From: Heptranchias perlo
Lineage: Eukaryota
Direction: 5' to 3'
Assembly: GCF_035084215.1 (NCBI RefSeq)
Contig: NC_090336.1
Span: forward strand, 29,450,001-29,514,000
Length of the DNA: 64,000 nucleotides
The notes under the pieces were generated by a model. The model did no database searches and was not told the origin of the DNA. It saw nothing but the letters and a program-made list of their open reading frames with translations. Shown in pieces: positions 36,500 to 48,400 of the stretch; the stretch's first letter is position 1, and the number at the start of each line of letters is the position of its first letter. The translations under genes and the position numbers were made by a program.

Positions 36500-38580
36500 G
36501 AGAACATGAACCATCTCCCCGTCTGGATCACGATCTCCCTCCCTCCCTGCTCTCCCTGTGCTCTGCTCCCTCCGGGCTCCTTGAAAGTTTATGGTGGACA
36601 ATTAGTTTAGCTGTTCATTGCCAGATCTGGCTGGACCACATAAAACATTATCGGGTCCTGCTGTCCTCTGCCAAAACTGCTCACTATTCCAGGATCATCC
36701 TTGAATGCGAAGATAAGCCCAGGCTTCTCTTCTTTACTACAAACCATCTTCTTAAACCCCTCTCCCCTGCCCCTCACCACCCTCACCTCCAACAACAAAT
36801 GCGAGGAGCTCATGGACTTCTTTGTCACTAAGATTGAGACCATCCGTTCAGCTGCCTCTGCCAATTCCTGCCCTTCCCCTAGCCCACCAAGCTAAACTTC
36901 CCCGAAGGATACCCCCTGCCTTAGCTTTGAACTTGCATCTTTGTCTAGTTTCTCTCCTATCTCCCCTCATGTCCTCCCCGAGCTCATCTTAACAATAAGA
37001 CCCACCTCCTGCTCCCTCGACCCTATTCCCACCCAACTGCTGACCACCCAACTTCCCTTCCTGGCCCCCATGTTAGCTGATATTGTTAACGGTTCCCTCT
37101 CCTCGGTACTGTCCCCCTCCCCTTCAAATCTGCCATTATCACCCCCCTCCTCAAAAAAAACCACCCTTGAACCCTCTGTCCTTCCAAAATACTACCCCAT
37201 CTCCAACCTCCCTTTCCTCTCAAGTCCTTGAACATGTCGCCTCCCAAATCTGTGCCCATCATTCCCGCAACTCCATGTTTGAATCCCTCCAATCAGGTTT
37301 TCACCCTTGCCACAGTACTGAAACAGTCCTTATCAAAGTCACAAATGACATCCTATGTGACTATGACAATGGTAAACTTTCCCTCCTCATCCTTCTCAAC
37401 CTGTCTGCAGCCTTTGACACGGTTGACCACATCATCCTCCTCCAACACCTCTCCTCCGTCATCCAGCTGGGTGGAACTTCGCTTGGCTGGTTCCATTCTT
37501 ATCTATCCACTCATAGCCAGAGAATCACCTGCAATGGCTTCTCTTCCCACTCCTGCACCGTTACCTCTGGAGGCCCCCAAGGATCCATTCTTGGCCCCCT
37601 CCTGTTTCTCATCTACATGTTGCCCCTTGGCAACATCATCTGAAAACACAACATTAGCTTCCATATGTCCGCTGACAACACCCAGTTCTACCTCACCACC
37701 ACATCCCTCGACCCCTCCACTGTCTCTCATTTGTCACACTGCTTGTCCAACATTCAGTCCTGGATGAGCAAAAATTTCCTCCAATTTAATATTGGGAAGA
37801 CCAAAGCCATTATCTTCGGTCCCCGCCACAAGCTCTGTTCCCCAGCCACCGACTCCATCCCTCTCCCTAGCCATGTCTGAGGCTGAACCAGACTGTTCGC
37901 AACCTTGGCATCCTATTTGATCCTGAGATGAGCTTCCAGCCACACATCCATTCCATCACCAAGACCGTCTACTTCCACCTCCCTAACATCGCCCGTCTCC
38001 ACCTCTGCCTCAGCTCATCTTTTGCTGAAACCCTCATCCATGCCGTTGTTACCTCTAGACTTGACTGTTCCAATACTCTCCTGGCCAGCCTCCCATCTTC
38101 CACCCTCCATAAACTTGAGCTCATCCAAAACTCTGCTGCCCATATCCTAACTCGCACCAAGTTCCCAGTCCAGGAACGCCTCAACTTTAAAATTCTCATC
38201 CTTGTCTTCAAATCCCTCCTTGACCCCACCCCTCCCTATCTCTATAACCTCCTCCAGTCCTACAACCCTCCAAGATCTCTGCTCTCCTCCAATTCTTGCC
38301 TCTTGCGCATCCCCGATTTTAATCGCTCCATCATTGGCAGTCGTGCCTTCAGCTGCCTCGGCCCTAAGCTGTGGAATTCCCTCCCTAAAACTCTCCGCCT
38401 CTCTACCTCTCTCTCCTCCTTTAAGATGCTCCTTAAAATTTACCTCTGTGACCAAACTGTCCTAATACCTCCTTATGTGGCTCAGTGTCAAATTTTGTTT
38501 GATAACGTCCCTGTTAAGCGCCTTAGGACGTTTCACTGTTTAAAGACGCTACGTAAATGCAAGTTGTTGTTGTTGTTGTT
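36500..38580 (+). mobile_element. L2-clade LINE, 5'-truncated and decayed
   Basis: PTSCSLDPIPT, YPISNLPFLS, QSGF...HSTETVL, LNLSAAFDTVDH, SGGPQGSILGPLLF and SRLDCSN motifs. The 3' tail is ...aagcgccttaggacg...taaatgcaag(ttg)n. Confidence 0.92.
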
Positions 38581-39110
38581 TGCCCCCGCCTCCCCCGGGT
38601 TCTTGCTTCCCCCTCCCTCTCCCCTGTGCTTCTGCTCCTCCCCTACTCCTGCTGCCCCCCGCTCCTGCAATTATTTTCCCCCCACCCCATGCTCCTGCTT
38701 TCTCCCCCACTGTGCTCCTCCACACCCTCTCCCTGGTTTCCTGCTTCTCTCCCTCCCCCCACTCCTGCTCCCCCCACCCCACTCCTGCTCCTGTCCCTCA
38801 TGCTCCTGCTTCTCCATCCAGAACTACTGCTCCTCCCCCCCCCCCCCACCCCGCTCCTGCTCCTCCCCTCAGGCTCCTGCTTCTCCCCCCTCTGCTCTAC
38901 CCCCACTCTTGCTCCCCCTGCTCCTGTTCCTCCCCCACTCTTGCTCCTCCCCCTGCTCCTGCTCACCTCCACTCCAACCCCCTACTCCTGCTCCTCTCCC
39001 CACTCCTCCCCCTGCTACCCCCTTGCCCCCACCCGCTCCTGCTCCATCCCTGTTCCTGCTCTACCCTCCTGCTCCTGCTCTACCATCCCGCTCCTGCTCC
39101 CCCTTGCCCA
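38581..39110 (+). repeat. Degenerate (CTCCTG/CTCCCC)n C-rich simple repeat
   Basis: Recurring ctcctgct units directly after the L2 tail. This repeat is the source of several Pro-rich pseudo-ORFs. Confidence 0.8.
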
Positions 39111-39409
39111 AGAAAGGAAAGAGGAAGTTACCGGGGGGAAAAAAATCTTACAGGGATAATACAGGAATACATAGCAGAAGAAAAGGATTTACATCAAAAA
39201 ACTAACCAGCTAGAGAGAAAATCTAGGAGAAAATGCAGTATTTAGTGACAATTTTCAACAGATCTGATTGAACTTACGTTTAAGTATTGTATTGCAATGT
39301 TTTCTAAGCAAACTTAGTTCAATTTTCACTTTTCTGCATTTCTATTTAAATCATTTTGTTCTACTTTTATTTACTGAAAGCTCTTAAGAAGCCAGAACCC
39401 TTGGAAAAG

Positions 39410-42400
39410 ATGAGCATTGCAGTTGTGGACTTTGGATCATTTGGCTTAGGAAAAGCTAAACCCTCAGCCGATGAAATGGAACGATTATCCACAGAGATCA
39501 TAAAGGCCCTCAGTGACCTTGGGTTTGTGTACCTCAAAAACACTGGGATCGAAGAACAAAACGTGTGTATCCATTTTATTGTCTCATTATATCTACTTAC
39601 ATCGTTCCCTAACTGTATGCCAATGCATGCTATGTGAAGTAATGTGAGCAATCTTGTTCTGCTATGTAAAAGAACAACTTCCATTTATATGGCACCTTTC
39701 ATGATCTCAGGACGTCTCAAAGCACTTTGCAGCCAAATATGTACTTCTGAAGTGTAGTCACTATTGTAATGTAGAAAACACAGCAGTCAATTTGAACACA
39801 GCAAGGTCCCACAAACAGCGATGTGATAATGACCACATAATCTGTTTATTGAGTGATGTTGGTTGAGGGATAAATATTAGCCAGGACACCAGGGAGAACT
39901 CCCCTTCTCTTTTTTGAAATAATGCCATAGGATCTTTACGTCCACCTGAGAGGGCAAATGGGGCCTCGCTTTAACATCTCACCCAAAAGACAACAGTGCA
40001 GTACTCCCTCAATACCGCACTGAAGTGTCAGGCTGGAGTTTTGTGCTCAAGTCCCTGGAGTGGGACTTGACCCTACAACCTTCTGACTCAGAAACAAGGG
40101 TGCTACCAAATGAGCCACGGCGAACAATCATGTAGTGACTATCAATATTTTAACAATTATGCTTTAAAATTATGCCATTTGAATATTAATATGTTCACAT
40201 GAAATTTCTTTGTTCACTATTCTGAGGTGTTAATCTGCTTAAGTAAATACAATTAAAAGTTTTGCATTTAACATGCATAACCACAAAGTGTCCCATAACC
40301 CTTCACACCTCGAAATGCTACACTTAAAAGTGTCATGCGTGAAAGTGTCATATATGCAAAGTGTATGTTACAGTTCCATCTGATTGGCTCAAATATCATA
40401 TACGTTAAAAATAATCACAACTAACGGGAGGAGGAGGCTCTGCAAACATCCCCATCCTCAATGATGGCGGAGTCCAGCATGTGAGTGCAAAAGACAAGGC
40501 TGAAGCGTTTGCAACCATCTTCAGCCAGAAGTGCCGAGTGGATGATCCATCTCGGCCTCCTCCCGATATCTCCACCATCACAGAAGCCAGTCTTCAGCCA
40601 ATTTGATTCACTCCACGTGATATCAAGAAACGGCTGAGTGCACTGGATACAGCAAAGGCTATGGGCCCCGACAACATCCCAGCTGTAGTGCTGAAGACTT
40701 GTGCTCCAGAACTAGCTGCGCCTCAAGCCAAGCTGTTCCAGTACAGCTAAAACACTGGCATCTACCCGACAATGTGGAAAATTGCCCAGGTACGTCCTGT
40801 CCACAAAAAGCAGGACAAATTGAATCCGGCCAATTACCGCCCCATCAGTCTACTCTCAATCATCAGCAAAGTGATGGAAGGTGTCGTCGACAGTTCTATC
40901 AAGCGGCACTTACTCACCAATAACCTGCTCACCGATGCTCAGTTTGGGTTCCGCCAGGACCATTGAGCTCCAGACCTCATTACAGCCTTGGTCCAAACTT
41001 GGACAAAAGAGCTGAATTCCAGAGGTGAGGTGAGAGTGACTGCCCTTGACATCAAGGCAGCATTTGACCGAGTGTGGCACCAAGGAGCCCTAGTAAAATT
41101 GAAGTCAATGGGAATCAGGGGGAAAACTCTCCAGTGGCTGGAGTCATACCTAGCACAAAGGAAGATGGTAGTGGTTATTGGAGGCCAATCATCTCAGCCC
41201 CAGGGCATTGCTGCAGGAGTTCCTCAAGGCAGTGTCCTCGGCCCAACCATCTTCAGCTGCTTCATCAATGACCTTCCCTCCATCATAAAGGTCAGAAATG
41301 GGGATGTTCGCTGATGATTGCACAGTGTTTAGTTCCATTCGCAACCCCTCAGATAATGAAGCAGTCCGAGCCCGCATGCAGCAAGACCTTGACAAATTCT
41401 AGGCTTGGGCTCATAAGTGGCAAGTAACATTCGCGCCAGATAAGTGCCAGGCAATGACCATCTCCAACAAGAGAGTGTCTAACCACCTCCCCTTGACATT
41501 CAACGGCACTACCATCGCCGAATCCCCCACCATCAATATCCTGGGGGTCACCATTGACCAGAAACTTACCTGGACCAGCCATATAAATACTGTGGCTACG
41601 AGAGCAGGTCAGAGGCTGGGTATTCTGCGGTGAGTGACTCACCTCCTGACTCCCCAAAGCCTTTCCACCATCTACAAGGCACAAGTCAGGAGTGTGATGG
41701 AATACTCTCCACTTGCTTGGATGAGTGCCGCTCCAACAACACTCAAGAAGCTCGACACCATCCATGATAAATCAGCCCGCTTGATCGGCACCCCATCCAC
41801 CACCCTAAACATTCACTCCCTTCACCACCGGCGCACAGTGGCTGCAGTGTGTACCATCCACAGGATGCACTGCAGCAACTCGCCAAGGCTTCTTCGACAG
41901 CACCTCCCAAACCCGCGACCTCTACCACCTAGGAGGACAAGGGCAGCAGACACATGGGAAGAACACCACCTGCACGTTCCCCTCCAAATCACACACCATC
42001 CCAACTTGGAAATATATCGCCGTTCCTTCATCGTCACTGGGTCAAAATCCTGGAACTCCCTTCCTAACAGCACTGTGGGAGAACCGTCACCACACGGACT
42101 GCAGCAGTTCAAGAAGGCGGCTCACCACCACCTTCTCAAGGGCAATTAGGGATGGGCAATAAATGCCGGCCTCGCCAGCGACGCCCACATCCCATGAACG
42201 AATAAAAAAAAAATTGTACCCAGCAATGATACGCCAGCAAGCAGGTACGGAAAGTATCGATCAAAAAGTAGCAAGCCGGTAGAAAAACCTCCAGCAAAGA
42301 ATCAACAGTCAGCACATGGTCACCAATAAAGTAACAAGCAAGGAGAAGGCTGAACCAGTGAAATTATTCAACATATTTTTAAAAATGCTTTCCCCCTACC

Positions 42401-45400
42401 CCCCCCCCAATAATTTTGTTATATATGGGGATATAGACTAAAAATTAAATGGGGGAACTTCCTCACCATTTTTAGTACATTAGTACAGGCTCGATGGGCC
42501 GATTGGCCTCCTTCTGTGCTGTAACGATTCTATGATTAGCAGGGTACCCATGGTGCAGGAAATCTGGGTGGAAGTTGTTTCTGTCACTTATGCACCTGTA
42601 AAACCCTTCCTTATGCTTTTTGCACCTTACTACAAACTGCCCATGTCCTTGCTGGCCTCATATCCATATGTCAGAGTGAAAGCCAGTAGCGTAGCAGCTG
42701 TGAGTTTCCTGGTTTTATACTGCCAGTGCACTTTGTGTGACTTAGGCTAAGATTTATGAGATGGAGCAGCTGCCAGGATCCCTGATCAAAGTGGAAGTCA
42801 GGCGTTTGTGAGCTTGAAGAGTCTGTGGAAGTAATTTTGACTTTGTTCGATAGTATGAAACGGGTGATAGCAAGTCGGCAGCCCCTTTTACATTTCTCCT
42901 GATTTTTATTTCTATCAATATTGAAGCTGTGTAGATTTATTGTCAGAAAGGACATCTGAATATGCAGGTGAGGAGGAACGGGCATGGACAGTAGTAAAGG
43001 TAGTGGGGATTTGACTCCACGTTGTTAATGGGGCTAGTGTACTGAAGAGAAGACCAAAGGACTGTGAATGCAGGGCCCCAAATGGAGCTTTTAAGTGAAA
43101 TTCCTGATTTAATTTCTTCCTCACTATTAATTCCCACTGCCGTTACTACTGTCCATGCTTGTGCCCCCTCTCATGCTGTTGCCTCCTTTCCATGGAGAAA
43201 GGGACAAAGCATTTCTCCAACAGCAAAGGTGTATCCGTGGATTGAAGACTGTCTAATGTGGCAAATGTCAGTGGTAACTTGAAAGGATCTGTTGGTGTAA
43301 AAATGCATTGCTGAGGTTACTTTCACAGCAACAGGAAGGCCTGTTTCTGCTAAAGATCTTGTCTGCAGGTCAGGCGCCAGTAGACAGCATAACTCTGTCA
43401 CATCCTCCGCGTGAAGGAGAGGTGGCGAAGGCAGGTCTCCTCAGATCTGGCCAACTAGATGTGCATGGGTTGGAGAATGTAGTTACTTGGCCAATTGCCT
43501 CAAAAAATGTTGTTCTTCTTTTGCCACTGAATCAGGAGTGCAGCACCACTGCACCCTACCTGCCCGATTCCATAATGGGTATGAGGGGCACTCCCTAAGC
43601 ACAACATCAGGAAATCGACCCGATAATTGGTGCAGTCTCTCCCTTCTTTCCGACATCATAAAATTTGCAAAACTCTGTCTTTGCTAATTTAGTGAAATTG
43701 CAAACACTTACTAAAAGAACATATTTTCAATTTTGCTGGAAATACCAATCAGAGAAAAATTTCACAAACGCATTTACAATATCACTACACAGAGCAACCA
43801 GAGGAATTATTGTCTTACAATTTCCCAGTTTCTACTCATGATCCATTTTGTTTTTGCCTGAAAGTAGAGAAGATAGGAACTTAAAGAGGGAAAAACTGGG
43901 GAAACTGAAAAGAATCACTGAGAAAACAAAACGAAAAGACACAGAGCAGAAAGAGAAGATGAGCTGAGGGACACAATAAAGTAACCAGTGTCCTGTGCTC
44001 ATAAAAGTGCAAATGCAAAGGTTTATAAATCTAGTGAAACCCTAGTGTTACTATATCGAAGATACAGCACATATTTTATAATCTTTAAAACAATTGCTCT
44101 TTAGGTGCTTAAAGTGATGGACACCTGCAAGAAGTTCTTTCTACTTCCAAGTGAAATTAAACAACAATATACCCGTTCAATGGACTCTGAAACTCCAAGC
44201 CATGGGTGGGTTGACACAGAGGCAGAAAGGTAAGATTCCCTGAAAAATTTCCTCCAGCACAACCCATACCTACATCAATCCCAAGTGCATGATCTGAAAA
44301 TAAAGAGTCCTGAATGGACGTTGCACTGGGTTGATCCTCTGAAGATTATTTTACCACCACAGACAATGAGGTTTTGATACCACAGCCACTCATTAACAAA
44401 GTAGCTGAAATTCATGCATTAATATTTGCTTATCTCATTATTCTCTTAAACAAACTAGTCCAGGATCACTTAAGTTATATCTCTCTAACAATCAACAGTG
44501 AGATGTGGGAATAAGTATATATTATGGACTTTAGTTTGCTTTCAGGGACCAGGAAAAATTAATGCAAAACTTTTCCTCAGTGGATTAAACTGATTGAGTG
44601 GATTATGGATAAATTTGACATGGCCTGTGGAAGGAGTGGGCTTGAAGGGCCAGATGGACTAAGTATTAATTCTGCATGGCTGTGTACAATAAATAAATGT
44701 AAATATTTTGCTCTTCACAGCTTAAATCCCACACGTCCTGGAGACCTGAAGGAAGCCTTTAATGTGTCAACATTAACTTCAAGTGATGTAAGATCTCAAA
44801 ATTTAGATTTAGATTGCTTTTGTATTGTATGTTGTTGTCTCTGTGGCAGGAATGAGAATCCTAGATGCAGAGTCTTTCACTTATAGCTTTACTGGAGGAA
44901 ATGATACTCACATACACACGCAACGATACGAAGGTTGCAGGGAACCTGATGTTTTAGTAGCAGGGTGGCCAATCCTCGATTTCCCTAACTTCATGTTACA
45001 ATAGTCCATTATACCCTCGGGTTCAGGCCATTACATAATTTACCTTCCATGACCTTTACCCTTAGTTTACATTAGCTTCTGTTAGCTCAGCATTCTAGAG
45101 ACTCATTATCTCTATGGTAGAGATCCACGGCCTTCACTCATCTACGTCAATGGTGGGAATATAAGTGGCCTGTCTAAAATGAAAGAGTACAACCAACTCC
45201 TTATATGGTTTAAGGCAGATAGATTTATCTACCAGAACGTCAGAACTACACAAAGAACAAACATCTATCTTTATGATTCCAGCACGAAGAGGCCTTGACG
45301 GTCTGAGCTGATCTGGATATGTTCCGGATGCTACCTGCTTCAGCAGCTTGCGGCAAACACTGTCTTTTAATCACAAAATGGAGTCATCAGCACAAGATGG

Positions 45401-48400
45401 AACCCAAATACAATCTCACGTAGCTCTGTACATGTAGCGTTATAACCTTTTTGGACAAATCAATGGATAAGTCAAATAAAAGCAAAATACAGCGGATGCT
45501 GCAAATCTGAAATATAAATTGAATCTTTATGTTGCATTCCAAAATTCTTTTAAATTAATTTCAAAGTTAAGTAATGAAAGTATTACATACTTATTTCTTC
45601 TGTTTCTTATTTCAGTAAAGAAAATATGAATTACCAAGTCCAATTGTTTTTATTTATATTAGAAATGGCCTGTCAAACATGCTCCTGAGTTTTCAAAATG
45701 TTTGGAATCATTCTTCAAAATCTGTGAGCAGCTGACTGTCCGAATAATGAAAGTCATTGCACTGGGCCTGAGGGTTGAGAGTGATTTCTTTATCAACAAG
45801 CACAAAATGATGGGCTGTAAGTACCTGGTTCAACAATAGCAAAATCTGTTGTGATTTCCTTCATGGTTGAATAGCCTACCAGCTCTCATAGTCATGGCTT
45901 ACACGTGAATAGTGGCCACTTAGTCAAGGTGCCTGAGGGTGCCTGGTGTTTGTAGAACCATACCCCAATAAAGATGAACATAAGAAATAGGAGCAGGAGT
46001 AGGCCATACAACCCCTCGAGCCTGCTCCACCATTCAGTAAGATCATGGCTGATCTTGACCTCAACTGCACTTTCCTGCTTGATCCCCGTATCCCTTGATT
46101 CCCCTAGAGTCCAGAAATCTATCTATCTCAGCCTTTAATATATTCAATGACTCAGCATCCACGGCCCTCTGGGGTAGATAATTCCAAAGATTCACAACCC
46201 TCTGAGTGAAGAAATTCCTCCTCATCTCAGCCTTAAGTGTTCAACCCCTTATCCTGCGACTATGCCCCTTGGTTCTAGACTAGCTTCAGGAGATATGAGG
46301 AAGGATGGAAATTTGAAATGAGAGGAAAATTGGTTAAGAATGATTATTTAAACAGAAAATATTTGAAGAATTCAACAGGAAATAGAAAAATGACAATTAC
46401 CATCATCTGTTTTGGTTGTTGGTGGTTTATAAGGAGATTTCTAATATAACTTTGCCTTTCAGAATAATTAATAGTAATGTCTGCATTATAATTTATTGTG
46501 TAATCTGTTAAAGGTAATCAAAATCCTACAACCCTTAGAGCTTCCTACTACCCACCAATACAGAAATCCTCTGTGAAGGAACATCAGGTCCGATGTGGAG
46601 AGCATTCCGATTATGGAACATTCACTTTACTCTTCCAAGATAAGAGTGCGGGTTTAGAGGTAAACGTAAATCTCTACAGTGTGATCCTTCTTTCAGATTC
46701 CATTTTTTCTATGTGTTACAACAAATGACTGAATTAGATATTGCATGTTCCCAAACCTTGCCCTTGAAGGAAAGGAACAGTTCACTTCACAAGATGTGAG
46801 CATGTTGGTAGTAACTTGTACATGCATGTTTATAACCATCCCAAAGTGCTCAGCGCACTTCCAGCAGGAGTGCAGCTGAAGGGCCAAAAATAGGCTGGGA
46901 TCCAACGTTTTCAGGTCCTGGCCTGCACTAGACGTTCCCATGGGACATGTAAGGGGCAGAGCCTCTGCCCAGCCCTTACATGGCCAATGATGCAGAAGGG
47001 GTAGGGACTGCCTGTGTTGGGAGTCACACAACCTTGGTCTCTTAGCTGCCTGGTGAAACCACGTTATTGATACATCAAGTGAGAAGAGGCATACCAGCTG
47101 CTACCCTGGCAGAAGTGGGGCCCCCTCGTGGCCCAGGCCTGGCTCACAGCCTGGATCCCTCAATACAAAGTTATTGGCTTTTGTTTTGCTTTGAAATTAT
47201 AAAGTGAGCTACGGAGCCAATTAATCTTTTTTTCTGAGGAGGATTCCAGCACCCCCGTCGGACAGCGGCAGGTGCACCCCTACGAGTGCGGGCGCCCACC
47301 ATTGGCATTCAAATGAGGTCACATCCCACTGACTCTGCCACCACCCTCCCCCCCTCCACTCCAGCAGGGTCAGCGATGTGATCCCAGCATACTTGCAGAG
47401 ATTGTGGCCAACGGATTACACACTTACAGCTTATGCAATTCTACGGATGTGATATATTACGTAATCAAACCAGATATTCACCCTGTCAAACAATAATTTA
47501 AAATACACTCTCATACTTCTCCTCTGATTTAAATAAATTACAGGTATGTAAATGACCTTCTGGAGCTGTCGTGCACAGCATTATGTTGGTGTCTTTCTGC
47601 GTGTCATTTGTGAGCAAACATATTCATTTTGTAACAGATTTTGTTTCCCCCTCCCAATATTGGATTTGTTCACATAAAGACAGTTTGGCAGGGAATGTTG
47701 TCACATCAAGGCCTGAATATGCCTTTGGCTCCTAGAATTATAATATTCGGCGCAGACAGCGATAAGCACAGGCGCAAAAAATTGAGATTCTGGATCACTT
47801 GATGTGCCACCCTTGAGCACGATGCTCCCTTGAACTGTATTTAATTCAACGTAAAGGTTCATTGACATGTTGGTAGCATATAAGTGAACCAAGTGATTTA
47901 CCATCTATTTAACTTTATTCATTAACAAATGTTCGATGTCTGTTGGGGTGGTCACAAGTTATAAAAAAGTGGAAAAACAGGAACTGCCAAGGTCATGGAA
48001 TGGCTCAGAGGAAAACGTGACTATCCAATGTGGCAGTGATCCATACAAGACTAGAAATGTCCCGTGTCCAATTCCTGGTCTGTTAGCTGACAATAGGGGC
48101 AGTGCAATTAGCCACAGGACCAATGGGCTAGAAAGGGAGGGGAGAAAAAGCCAGCCACACATAATTGCTATACATTGACCTTTACTAGAAAGTGTGGTTG
48201 TCAGATAAGAAAAAGATTGAGGTTGGCCATGATGCCCTTCATAGTTGAATAACCTGTTACTACTCATTGTCTAGGCTGACATGTGAAAAATGGCCACTTG
48301 GTAATGAGGCTGCCAGTGACCTGCAGAATCCTTCCCCAAGAATCAGCATCTTGGGAGAAGAGGAAGTGAAAATTGGGAGAAAAGGATGAACCAAACAGAA

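Noticed and set aside
37928-39245. 425-aa ORF and overlapping Pro-rich ORFs
   Set aside because: The N-terminus is L2 ORF2 remnant and the rest is read-through into a C-rich simple repeat that lacks stop codons. Not a host gene.
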